A DNA stretch of 64,000 bases, taken from NCBI GenBank assembly GCA_030430245.1, contig JAUIFY010000001.1:12878-76877 (forward strand). The letters run 5' to 3'. A program made the position numbers and the translations under genes. Source of the DNA: a bacterium (GTDB lineage Bacteria; Desulfobacterota; Binatia; UBA12015). Numbering within the stretch: the first letter of the stretch is position 1; the number at the start of each line of letters is the position of its first letter. Shown here piece by piece: positions 29,905 through 39,060 of this stretch. A model generated the notes under the pieces. The model searched no databases, was not told the origin of the DNA, and saw only the letters and a list, made by a program, of their open reading frames with translations.

Positions 29905-32453
29905 GCGAAGCGAAGCCGGCGCCCGAAGAGCCCGGTTCGTCTCTGTCCGGCTACCGGCCCGCCCGGCCCTCGTCGGACGAAGCGATCGATCCCGGAGGAG
30001 GACTGCGACCGCATTGGCGCGAGCTGTTCTCGAAGCTGGAAGCCATCGGCGACCTGGAGCTGCAGCGTCGCTGGGAGCACGCACAGCAGGATGCGGCCTC
30101 CGACGGGGTGACCTTCAACCCACACGACGCGGATGGCGAGGGCGCGCGCCCCTGGATCCTGGATGCGATCCCCTTCCCGTTGCCGGAGCGGAGCTGGAGG
30201 GTTCTTTCCGAAGGGTTGGCCCAGCGAGCGATGCTGCTCGACCACGTGCTCCGCGACCTGCTCGGACCGCAGGTTCTGCTCCGCGAGAAGGTGCTCCCCC
30301 CCGACGTCCTGTTCGGAAGCCCCGCCTACCATCCGTCGTTTCACGGTCTGCGGCCGGCCGGGCGCCGCCATCTCGATCTCTACGCGGCCGACGTGGCGCG
30401 TGGCTCCAACGAGGGCTGGTACGTCACGGGCGACCGCACGCGAACGGTTTCCGGACTCGGCTACGCGCTCGAGAATCGGGTCATCGCGTCGCGCATGCTG
30501 TCGGCCGTCTTCCGCCGGTCCCACGTCCGCCGCCTGGCGGAGTTCTTCTCCGCGCTCAAGGAGATGATCCGCGCGCAGGCGCCACGCTCGCAGGACAACC
30601 CCCGCGTCGTCCTGTGGACCCAGGGCCCGACCGGGACCCGATACTTCGAGGACGCCTACCTCGCGCGATACCTGGGCTACACGTTGGTCGAGGGCGGCGA
30701 TCTGGCGGTTCGTGCGAACCGGCTCCACCTGAAGACGTTGGGAGGCCTGCAGCCGGTCGAGGTGGTGCTCCGCCGCCTGGACGACGGGCTGTGCGACCCG
30801 GTGGAGCTGCGTGCCGACTCGCAGGCGGGCGTCTCGGGTCTGCTCGAGGTGCTCCGAGCGCGCAACGTCGCCGTGGTGAACTCGCCGGGATCGAGCCTGG
30901 CGGAGGCCCCGATCCTGCTGCCGTTCCTGCGGGCCGCCTGCCAGCGGCTCCTCGACGCGGACCTGAAGCTGCCCTCGATCGCGACGTGGTGGTGTGGCCA
31001 GAAGAAGGAGCGCACGTACGTGCTCGAGCATCTGGACGACTTGATCGTGCGCCCCGCGTTCTCGCCGGCGACGGCGTCGGTCTGGCGTCCGGATCGCATG
31101 ACGAGCGACGAGCGCGCCGATCTGGCTGCCGCCATCGAAGCCCGGCCCGCGAGCTTCGTCGCGCAGCAGGCCCCGGTACGGTCCACGACGCCGGTCTGGA
31201 ACCCGCAGGGCGTGGAGTCCTGGTACCTCGCGTTGCGCACGTTCCTCGTGGCACGGGACGACGCGTACGTCCGCATGCCCGGGGGCCTCGCGCGCGTCGC
31301 TCCCGACGCGGCGGCGCTCGATCATACGATGAGCTCCGGCGAGCGGAGTCAGGACGTCTGGATCCTGAGCGAAGGGCCGGTCGACACGGCGAGCCTGCTG
31401 TCGCCGCCGGGAGAGACGATCGCGCTGCGGCGGGGCGGTGCCGAGCTGCCGAGCCGCGTCGCGGACAATCTCTTCTGGCTGGGGAGAGCCGTGGAGGGGG
31501 CCGAGGGATGTGCGCGGCTTCTGCGGACGCTCCTCTCGACGTCGGCGGGTGAGGCGCCGGAGGCGCCGGAGCTCCCGTATCTCCTCTCGGCACTCGCCCA
31601 GATCGAGCAGATCGACAAGGACGACTTCGCCGCGCTCGGTCCGGCCGACCTGACGCGGATCGCGGCCGGCGTCGCGTCGGCCCTCTTCGACGAGGGCCGC
31701 TCGGGAAGTCTCCGCTCCCGCATCCTCGAGGCGCAGCGGGTCGCCTCGCTGGTGCGAGATCGGGTGTCGATGGACGCCTGGCGCATCATTCAGCGTCTGG
31801 AGGAGGTGAGCCGCAAGCCGCGGTGGAGAGTGGGGAGCTACGAGTCCTTGCGGACGGTCGAGCTCGTCCTGCAGGAGCTCGCGGCGTTCGCCGGAATGGT
31901 CGGCGAGAGCATGACCCGAGCTCCGTCGTGGCGCTTCCTGGACCTCGGCCGTCGCATCGCGCGCGCTTGGCACACGGCGCGCCTGCTGTCCGCGACTCTG
32001 GTCCCGGTCGTGAAGGACGAGCGGGCCGTGTTCGAGGCGGTCCTCGCGACCGCGGACAGCCTGATGACGTACCGGTCGCGCTATCTCGCGACTCTGCAGG
32101 CGGCGCCCGTGATCGACCTCCTGCTCACCGACGATACGAACCCGCGCTCGATCGGACATCAGCTGGCGGTCGTCGTCGACCACGTGGGAGAGCTCCCACG
32201 AGACGACACGAAGGCGACCCTCGGTCCGGAGCAGCGCGTCGCCCTGTCGCTGCAGAACGCGGTGCGTCTGGCCGACGCGGTCGAGATGAGTCGAATCGAG
32301 GGCTCTCCGGGACGGAGAGCCGGCTTGGAGCGATTGCTGCAGCGCCTGGCCGAGCAGCTTCCGCGGCTCTCCGACGCGCTCTCGAGCCGGTTCCTCACGC
32401 ACGCCGGTCTCCCGCGCCACCTGGCGTCCGCTCTGGAGCCGCCGGGCTCATGA
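29901..32453 (+). CDS. Circularly permuted ATP-grasp plus alpha-E fusion protein (motifs degenerate)
   Basis: RPWILDAIP, SGLGYALENR, YFEDAYLARYLGYTLVEGGDL, MPGGLAR, LPSRVADNLFWLGR, MTYRSRY, NPRSI; GTGA overlap. Confidence 0.9.
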   Translation: MSEAKPAPEEPGSSLSGYRPARPSSDEAIDPGGGLRPHWRELFSKLEAIGDLELQRRWEHAQQDAASDGVTFNPHDADGEGARPWILDAIPFPLPERSWRVLSEGLAQRAMLLDHVLRDLLGPQVLLREKVLPPDVLFGSPAYHPSFHGLRPAGRRHLDLYAADVARGSNEGWYVTGDRTRTVSGLGYALENRVIASRMLSAVFRRSHVRRLAEFFSALKEMIRAQAPRSQDNPRVVLWTQGPTGTRYFEDAYLARYLGYTLVEGGDLAVRANRLHLKTLGGLQPVEVVLRRLDDGLCDPVELRADSQAGVSGLLEVLRARNVAVVNSPGSSLAEAPILLPFLRAACQRLLDADLKLPSIATWWCGQKKERTYVLEHLDDLIVRPAFSPATASVWRPDRMTSDERADLAAAIEARPASFVAQQAPVRSTTPVWNPQGVESWYLALRTFLVARDDAYVRMPGGLARVAPDAAALDHTMSSGERSQDVWILSEGPVDTASLLSPPGETIALRRGGAELPSRVADNLFWLGRAVEGAEGCARLLRTLLSTSAGEAPEAPELPYLLSALAQIEQIDKDDFAALGPADLTRIAAGVASALFDEGRSGSLRSRILEAQRVASLVRDRVSMDAWRIIQRLEEVSRKPRWRVGSYESLRTVELVLQELAAFAGMVGESMTRAPSWRFLDLGRRIARAWHTARLLSATLVPVVKDERAVFEAVLATADSLMTYRSRYLATLQAAPVIDLLLTDDTNPRSIGHQLAVVVDHVGELPRDDTKATLGPEQRVALSLQNAVRLADAVEMSRIEGSPGRRAGLERLLQRLAEQLPRLSDALSSRFLTHAGLPRHLASALEPPGS

Positions 32454-33343
32454 AGTACCGAATCCGCCACGTCTCGAGCTACCACTACTCCGCGCCGGTG
32501 AGCGTCTGCCACAACTTCTTGATGTTGACGCCACGCGAGGGCGGTCGAGTGCACAGCCTCTCGCACCGTCTCGTCATTCGACCCACACCTCTCTTCTCGT
32601 CTCGGCGGACCGACTCGTTCGGCAACACGGTGCACTCGTTCGCGATCGAGGAGAACCACCGGCAGCTGGCGGTGACCGCGACGAGCCACGTCGACGTCGC
32701 CGAAGCGCGGCCGCCCGAGAAGACACCACCCTGGGAGACGGTGGTGGGTGGGGTCGTCGCGCAGACCGATCCAGATTGGCTCGAGGCCTGTCGCTTCGCG
32801 TTCGATTCCCCGCGGATCTCGCGCGCGCCCGAGTTCGCCGACTACGCGATCGCCTCCTTCGTCCCGGAGCGTCCGATCCTCGACGCGGCGTTCGATCTCA
32901 CGAAGCGCATCCACGAGGACTTCGAGTACGACAAGGCGGCGACGTCCGTCGGTACCCCGACGCGGGAGGCCTTCGACATCCGAAAGGGCGTCTGTCAGGA
33001 CTTTGCGCACGTCCAGATCTCGTGCCTGCGCTCGCTCGGCGTTCCGGCCCGATACGTGAGTGGCTACCTGCGGACGGTCTCCCGCCCCGGGCAACCGCGC
33101 ATCGTCGGGGCCGACCAGTCTCACGCGTGGCTGGCGGTCTACTGCGGTGCCGCGGGCTGGGTCGAGGTCGACCCGACCAATGCCTGCTTGAGCTCGCAGG
33201 ACCACATCCCCATCGCCTGGGGCCGGGACTACGACGATGTGGTGCCGGTGAAGGGCGTCGTGCTCGGAGGTGGGGATCACCAGCTCTCGGTCTCGGTCGA
33301 CGTCGAGTCGGAGGACGACGCCTCCGAGGCCGCTCGGCCGTAG
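32450..33343 (+). CDS. Transglutaminase-family protein
   Basis: MKYRIRH..Y, GVCQDFAH, ARYVSGYL, HAW, DPTN, GRDYDDVVP; ATGA overlap. Confidence 0.93.
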   Translation: MKYRIRHVSSYHYSAPVSVCHNFLMLTPREGGRVHSLSHRLVIRPTPLFSSRRTDSFGNTVHSFAIEENHRQLAVTATSHVDVAEARPPEKTPPWETVVGGVVAQTDPDWLEACRFAFDSPRISRAPEFADYAIASFVPERPILDAAFDLTKRIHEDFEYDKAATSVGTPTREAFDIRKGVCQDFAHVQISCLRSLGVPARYVSGYLRTVSRPGQPRIVGADQSHAWLAVYCGAAGWVEVDPTNACLSSQDHIPIAWGRDYDDVVPVKGVVLGGGDHQLSVSVDVESEDDASEAARP

Positions 33344-33414
33344 AGCTCCGCATCGCTCGGATGGGCGTCGAGGTGCGGCTGGAGTCGGCGCCGCATTTCG
33401 CGCACAATTCCGGG

Positions 33415-33573
33415 ATGGGTCGATCCCTGCAGAGCTTGATCGTTTTCGTGTTGGTGCTTCTCGGGCTGAACTGGTTTCTCGGCGAGATGAACTACGGCCT
33501 CCACATCTCGATCGTCGGCAGCATCGTGCTGACGCTCGTGGTGTCGATGATCATGAACGGGCTGAATCGCTGA
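33415..33573 (+). CDS. Small two-TM membrane protein (52 aa)
   Basis: MGRSLQSLIVFVLVLLGLNWFLG...HISIVGSIVLTLVVSMIM; two hydrophobic helices. Confidence 0.7.
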   Translation: MGRSLQSLIVFVLVLLGLNWFLGEMNYGLHISIVGSIVLTLVVSMIMNGLNR

Positions 33574-34591
33574 CGTCGTCCGGCCGGACCCGCACGACCG
33601 ACTTGCCGAAATTCCTGCCCTCGAAGAGGTGGCAGAAGCCGATCCCGGCTCGGTCGACTCCTTCGTGCACGTACTCGACGCTGCGAAGCTCTCCCGCGTC
33701 GAGCCAACCGGCCAGCGCGGCGCGTGCCTCGGGGTAGCGGTCGATCTGCATGTGCGTCATGAACCCCTGGAGGCGCGCCCCCTTCAGGACCAGCTCGAAC
33801 AGGTTGGATGGCCCGGGCAGGGGTTCTTCCGCGTTGTAGGCGGTGACCGCGCCGCAGAAGGGGATGCGCGCGCCTTCGTTGATGTGGGCGAGGACGTGCT
33901 CGAGGAGCGGGCCGCCGACGTTGTCGAAGTAGACGTCGATGCCGTCGGGGCAGGCCGCGCGCAGCTCCTCGGCCAGTCGGGCGGACCGATGGTGGACGGC
34001 GGCGTCGTAGCCGAGCTCCGTGCGAAGCCGCTCGCACTTCTCGTTCGAGCCCGCGAAGCCCACCGTGCGCGCTCCGTGGATCTTTGCGATCTGGCCCGCG
34101 ACGGAGCCCACCGCCCCGCCGGCCGCGCTGATCACGACGGTCTCGCCCGGCTGGGGCGTCCCGATGTCGGTCAGGCCGAAGTAGGCCGACATGCCCGTGT
34201 CGCCCAGGACGCCGAGGTGGTAGCTCAGCGGATACGGCCAGCTCGCGTCCAGGCGGACGATGAAGTCGCCCCCGTCGCTGATCGAGTACTCCTCCCACGC
34301 GAGGCGGGCCATCAGGAGCTCTCCCTCCCGGTAGTCGGACCGTCTCGATTGCTTGACGCGCCCGAGGGTGAGCCCCATCACGGGTTGGTCGAGCGGCATG
34401 GCGGGGAGGACGTCGTCGCCGCTCCCCTCGTTCATCCAGTTCCGGAATCCGGCATCGAGCGAGAGGTAGAGATTCTCGATGAGCATCTCGCCGTTGCGGA
34501 TCTCGCGCACCTCGGCCGTCGCGACGCGGAAGTCGCTCTCGCGGGGGAGGCCCGCCGGTCGGCGGGCGAGGAGGACTCGAGTGTTCTTCAT
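33551..34591 (-). CDS. NADP-dependent oxidoreductase (prostaglandin reductase/CurA-like MDR)
   Basis: LARRPAGLP, YLSLD, AYFGL, SAAGGAVGSVAGQIAK, CPDGIDVYFDNVGG, GRNFGK. Confidence 0.93.
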   Translation of the reverse strand: MKNTRVLLARRPAGLPRESDFRVATAEVREIRNGEMLIENLYLSLDAGFRNWMNEGSGDDVLPAMPLDQPVMGLTLGRVKQSRRSDYREGELLMARLAWEEYSISDGGDFIVRLDASWPYPLSYHLGVLGDTGMSAYFGLTDIGTPQPGETVVISAAGGAVGSVAGQIAKIHGARTVGFAGSNEKCERLRTELGYDAAVHHRSARLAEELRAACPDGIDVYFDNVGGPLLEHVLAHINEGARIPFCGAVTAYNAEEPLPGPSNLFELVLKGARLQGFMTHMQIDRYPEARAALAGWLDAGELRSVEYVHEGVDRAGIGFCHLFEGRNFGKSVVRVRPDDVSDSARS

Positions 34592-34617
34592 GGCTCTCGC
34601 GGCGTGGAATCGTCGGA

Positions 34618-34645
34618 TTGACGCCAGGCGCCCGACGTATACCCT
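34618..34645 (+). promoter_or_regulatory. Putative sigma70 promoter for the small-protein/Rieske operon
   Basis: TTGACG-N16-TACCCT. Confidence 0.45.
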
Positions 34646-34730
34646 CGCCCGTCATGAATCCAGGTACCGCGGCGCGACGCGGTGCGGCGGACCGTGCGCG
34701 CGACCGCCAAGACCGGGGTAGGAAGAGACA

Positions 34731-34982
34731 TTGCCACGAAAGCTCCACATGTTGACCGGTGCCGTCTACGAGACGGACGGTGCGGGCGTCGTTCGCGTCA
34801 CCACCCGGCAGGGGAGAGTCGGTCGCTTCGACTCCCACGGCGCGTGGATCGACGGCGAGCTTCGCGAGGCCGACCCCCACCTGTGCCTCTGGGTGGGAGG
34901 CCGCCAACTGCCGGAGGGCAAGGCGGCGAGCTTCAAGGACCTCCCGCTCAAGACCGGTCGCGAGGAGGGAGCCGACGCATGA
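34731..34982 (+). CDS. Small hypothetical protein coupled to a Rieske oxygenase
   Basis: TTG start with AGGAAG RBS; HMLTGAVYE...GRFDSHGAWIDGELREADPHLCLWVGG; stop overlaps the Rieske ATG. Confidence 0.75.
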   Translation: MPRKLHMLTGAVYETDGAGVVRVTTRQGRVGRFDSHGAWIDGELREADPHLCLWVGGRQLPEGKAASFKDLPLKTGREEGADA

Positions 34983-36319
34983 CCGCCCCGCGCCATCCCG
35001 GAGCGATCACCTACCAGGAGCTGCTCGACACCGACACGCGCGAGGTGCCCCCGGTCCTCCGGATCGACTCGCGCATCGACGACGCCCCGGATCGCGTCCC
35101 GGTCGAGCGATACGTCTCTCGCGAGTTCTTCGAGCTCGAGATCGAGAAGGTGTGGCGCCGCGTCTGGCAGGTGGCCTGTCGGGAGGAGGACGTGCCCGAC
35201 GTGGGCGACCACCTGGTCTACGACATCGCGGGGATGTCGATCCTCGTCGTTCGGTCGAAGCCGGACGAGATCAAGGCGTACTGGAACGCGTGTCTCCACC
35301 GTGGGCGGATGCTGCGCGACCAGCGCGGACGCTCCAGCGACCTTCGGTGCCCGTTCCACGGTTGGTGCTGGCGCCTCGACGGCAGCCTGAAGGAGATCCC
35401 GGCCGGGTGGGACTTTCCGCACGTCGATGCGGCGGAGAACTCGCTGCCCGAGGTTCGGGTCGACACCTGGGGCGGGTTCGTCTTCGTGAACCTCGATCCG
35501 AGCTGCGGTCCCCTGGCGGATCATCTCGGTGACCTCCCGAAGCACTTCGAGCGCTGGCCGCTGGAGAAGCGCTACAAGGCGGCGCACGTGGCGAAGATCC
35601 TGCGATGCAACTGGAAGGTCGCGCAGGAGGCGTTCATGGAGGCGTACCACGTCGTGGGGACGCACCCGCAGCTCATGTGCAGCCTCGGCGACTCGAACAC
35701 CCAGAACGACGTCTTCCCGACGTTCTCGCGCTCCCTGACGCCCAACGGGACGCCCAGTCCGCATCTTCCCGAGCGACCGAGCGAGCAGGCGATGGCCGAC
35801 AACGTGCTCGATCTCGACTACGAGGCGCCGTCCCGCGTGCCCGTGCCGGAGGGGGCGACGGCGCGCGAGACGCTGGCCGAGGTGCGCCGGGCCGCCCTTC
35901 GAGGCGTGCTGAACGGAGGAGCCGACGAGCTCTGCGACGCGGAGCTGATGGACAGCTTCTACTACACGCTCTTCCCGAATCTGCACCCGTGGGGCGCGTA
36001 CAATCGCATCGTCTACCGGTTCCGGCCGCACGGCACCGACCATCGGCAGAGCATCATGGAGGTGATGTTCCTCGAGCCGCTGCCCGACGGACCCCGGCCG
36101 AAGGCGGCGCCCATCCACTGGCTCGGCCCGGACGACGACTGGGTGGATGCCGACGAGCTCGGGATGCTCGCGCGGGTCTTCAATCAAGACAACTTCAACC
36201 TGCCGCGTCAGCAGCGGGGGCTCGAGACGACGCGGAAGACGCACGTGCAGCTCGCGCACTACAACGAGTCGCGGCTTCGTCACTTCCACCGCCTCCTGGG
36301 CGAGTGGATGGAGCGCTGA
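34979..36319 (+). CDS. Rieske aromatic ring-hydroxylating oxygenase, alpha subunit
   Basis: NACLHRG...CPFHGW Rieske motif; NWK...EAFMEAYHVVGTH mononuclear Fe motif; QD; ESRLRHFH. Confidence 0.95.
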   Translation: MTAPRHPGAITYQELLDTDTREVPPVLRIDSRIDDAPDRVPVERYVSREFFELEIEKVWRRVWQVACREEDVPDVGDHLVYDIAGMSILVVRSKPDEIKAYWNACLHRGRMLRDQRGRSSDLRCPFHGWCWRLDGSLKEIPAGWDFPHVDAAENSLPEVRVDTWGGFVFVNLDPSCGPLADHLGDLPKHFERWPLEKRYKAAHVAKILRCNWKVAQEAFMEAYHVVGTHPQLMCSLGDSNTQNDVFPTFSRSLTPNGTPSPHLPERPSEQAMADNVLDLDYEAPSRVPVPEGATARETLAEVRRAALRGVLNGGADELCDAELMDSFYYTLFPNLHPWGAYNRIVYRFRPHGTDHRQSIMEVMFLEPLPDGPRPKAAPIHWLGPDDDWVDADELGMLARVFNQDNFNLPRQQRGLETTRKTHVQLAHYNESRLRHFHRLLGEWMER

Positions 36320-36337
36320 GCGGATCCGCGGCCGCGC

Positions 36338-37408
36338 TCAGTCCAGAAGGTCGAGCGCGCCGGTCTCGTGGATGGTCTCGGCCGAGCGTGAGGCGAGGGC
36401 GCGGACCATGTTCGCGCCCCGCTCGTTCGCGTGGTCGAGCGTTCCCGCGATCACGACGGCGAACGTGAAGAGGTAGAGGACCGATGCGCGGTAGTCCTTC
36501 CAGCACTGGTCGAAGTCGTAACCGCGGACGCCGCGCGCGCAGATCCCGTCGTAGTAGCGCCGGACGAGCGCGTCCTGGTGGCGGCGTCGCTCGTCGGATC
36601 GCAGGCTCTGGCTCATGAAGTAGCCGAGGTCGTGCGGCCCGCAGGATTTCGAGATCCCCTGCCAGTCGAACATCGCGACCCCGTCGGGGTCGCCGTCGAC
36701 GTCGAAGAAGAGATTGTCGAGGCGGAAGTCGCCGTGCGCGACCGTGAGGACGCCGGCGCACATCCGGGCCAGACAGGCGCCGGTCTGCGGTCCGATCTTC
36801 GCGTACTGCTCGGCCAGGCCCGACGGAAGCACGTCCCCGAACTTCTCCAGAAACACCGGCCACCCGGCGGCGAATCCCTGGCTCATCCCGCCGACCTGCG
36901 TCGGGTTGTCGTGCACGGGGATCCAGGCGAGATCGGGATGGTCCGTCTTGCCCCACCACGTCGCGTGGAGCTCGGTCATCTGGTCGATCGCACTCCGGGC
37001 GTCCTTCAGGCCGCAGCCTGCGAGTTGGTCGCCGAAGCGGCAGGTCGACATGTCCTCGAGGAGCAGGATGAAGTCGCTGTTGTCCGGGTTCAGCTCGGCG
37101 CAGTAGGGCCTGGGCGAACGGGCCGGCGTTCGCCCAGCGAGCGTCTGGTAGAAACGGACCTCGCGCCCGTACATGTCGAACGTCTCCGCGACGACGCGAT
37201 TGCCCGGCGTCTCGCTCGGAAACTTCGCGATCAGCGTTGCCGGTCCCGCGTCGGGACGCTCGTACGTGAGGGCGATTCGCTTCGAGGTGCCGATCATGCC
37301 GGCCCCCTCGCCGAGGGATTCGATCTCGAACGCGGTGACGGGCGCGCCGAGAACGCCCGAGAGCCAGTCCGCGGTCAGGTCTTCGGGTCGGCTCGGGAAC
37401 GCCGTCAT
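36338..37408 (-). CDS. Phosphotransferase (EcKinase/APH-like)
   Basis: LIAK, REVRFY, LLLED, HGDFRLDNL, DWQ, DLGYF. Confidence 0.9.
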   Translation of the reverse strand: MTAFPSRPEDLTADWLSGVLGAPVTAFEIESLGEGAGMIGTSKRIALTYERPDAGPATLIAKFPSETPGNRVVAETFDMYGREVRFYQTLAGRTPARSPRPYCAELNPDNSDFILLLEDMSTCRFGDQLAGCGLKDARSAIDQMTELHATWWGKTDHPDLAWIPVHDNPTQVGGMSQGFAAGWPVFLEKFGDVLPSGLAEQYAKIGPQTGACLARMCAGVLTVAHGDFRLDNLFFDVDGDPDGVAMFDWQGISKSCGPHDLGYFMSQSLRSDERRRHQDALVRRYYDGICARGVRGYDFDQCWKDYRASVLYLFTFAVVIAGTLDHANERGANMVRALASRSAETIHETGALDLLD

Positions 37409-38205
37409 GGGATGGACTCCTCGTCCTCGAAGCCGTACTCGGCCTTGAGGTCGGCCACCTTGAGGACCTGGCCGGTGCGCGACATCAGGTTCGGGTCGGT
37501 CGCGAGCGCGACGACGGCGCGTCCGCTGAGCAACGGCGACTGCGCGCGCGTCGGATCGATCTTCGCCTTCCCTTGCGCGACCTGCTCCAGGATGAACTCG
37601 GTCTTGACCGCGCTCGGCCAGATCGAGACGGCGGCGACGCCGTGGCTCTCGAGCTCGACCGCCATGTCCTGGGCCAGGCGGTCGACGCCGATCTTGCCGA
37701 CGCCGTAGGCCACGCTGTGGGCGTAGCCGGCTGCGCCGCGTGAAGAGACGTTCACGATGAGCGCGCCCTTGCGCTCGAGCATCATGGGCGCGGCGTGGTG
37801 GCTCGCGACGTAGTGCGCGCGGAGCCCGATCCCCACCATGTCGTCCCAGATCGAGATCGGGTGCTTCCAGAACTCGCCTTCCCAGACCGGCTCGTCGGGG
37901 ACCTTGAAGACGTTGTTCACCAGGATGTCGAGCCCGTCCTGCTCGGAGCGGATGCGCTCGAAGAGAGCCTCGATCTGGCCATCGTCGCCGTGGTCGACCT
38001 GCACCGCGATGCCCTTGCCTCCGCGACGCGTCACCTCCTCGGCGGTGGCGCCGATGGTGCCGGGCAGGGGCGCGCTCCCTTCCCGCACGGTTCGGCCGGT
38101 GACGTAGACCGTCGCACCCGCCTCACCGAGGCCCATCGCGATGCCCTTGCCGATGCCCCGGCTCGCGCCCGTCACGACGCAGATCTTGCCCGTCAAGCTA
38201 CTCAT
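37405..38205 (-). CDS. SDR-family oxidoreductase (DHRS1-like)
   Basis: TGASRGIGKG, LDILVNN, YGVGK. Confidence 0.92.
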   Translation of the reverse strand: MSSLTGKICVVTGASRGIGKGIAMGLGEAGATVYVTGRTVREGSAPLPGTIGATAEEVTRRGGKGIAVQVDHGDDGQIEALFERIRSEQDGLDILVNNVFKVPDEPVWEGEFWKHPISIWDDMVGIGLRAHYVASHHAAPMMLERKGALIVNVSSRGAAGYAHSVAYGVGKIGVDRLAQDMAVELESHGVAAVSIWPSAVKTEFILEQVAQGKAKIDPTRAQSPLLSGRAVVALATDPNLMSRTGQVLKVADLKAEYGFEDEESIP

Positions 38206-38267
38206 CGGTGCACCTCTTACACATCTGGCTTCGAGAAGGGTATAGGAACGCCCGGAAGGAGACCGAA

Positions 38268-39047
38268 ATGCGACTCGAAGGCAAAGTCGCCGCCGTGACC
38301 GGCGGTAGCCGAAGCATCGGCCGGGCGATCGTCGAGGCGTTCTTGCGCGAAGGCGCGCGCGTGTGCCTGAACGGTCGCAGTGAAGAGAAGGGCGCTCGAG
38401 CCCTGGCCGAGATCGGTGCCGGCGACCGGGCCGCATTCGTCGCGGGCGACGTGCGAAGCTCGGCGGACATCGAGCGCCTCGTCGAGACGACCGTCTCGAA
38501 GTTCGGGCGGATCGACATCATGGTCAACAACGCCGGCGGGATCACCGAGCCCGCACCGGTGATCGCTCTCAGCGACGACGCGTGGGCCAACGACGTGCAG
38601 TGGAACCTGACGAGCGTGTTCTATGGTACGAAGCACGCTCTCAAGCACATGGTTCCTCAGAAGTTCGGCCGCATCATCAACATCTCGTCCGTCGAGGGGA
38701 AGATGGGGGTGCCGGGCATGGCGGGCTACGCGGCGTCGAAGCACGGGGTGAACGGGCTCACGAAGGCCACGGCGGGCGAGGTGGGCCGCGAAGGCGTCAC
38801 GGTGAACGCGATCTGCCCCGGGCTGATCCTGACCGACGCCGTCACCGAGGGCGGTCCCCAGACGGCCGAGGCCATGGGGATGACGTTCGAGGACATGGTC
38901 GAGAACGTCTTCAAGGCCAAGACGATGACGGGCGAGCTGAACACGGTCGAGCAGGTCGCGGAGCTGGCGGTGCTGCTCGCCAGCGATCTCGGAGCGGGCT
39001 TCACCGGAGCCCAGCTCTCGGTGGACGGGGGAATCGCACCGTACTGA
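38268..39047 (+). CDS. SDR-family oxidoreductase
   Basis: TGGSRSIG, NNAG, YAASK, NAICPG; RBS AAGGAG. Confidence 0.93.
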   Translation: MRLEGKVAAVTGGSRSIGRAIVEAFLREGARVCLNGRSEEKGARALAEIGAGDRAAFVAGDVRSSADIERLVETTVSKFGRIDIMVNNAGGITEPAPVIALSDDAWANDVQWNLTSVFYGTKHALKHMVPQKFGRIINISSVEGKMGVPGMAGYAASKHGVNGLTKATAGEVGREGVTVNAICPGLILTDAVTEGGPQTAEAMGMTFEDMVENVFKAKTMTGELNTVEQVAELAVLLASDLGAGFTGAQLSVDGGIAPY

Positions 39048-39060
39048 GCCCGTTTCCGGG

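Noticed and set aside
26431..32420. Very long minus-strand ORFs (26431..30084, 29739..32420)
   Set aside because: Antisense to well-supported genes; expected in high-GC DNA; no motifs
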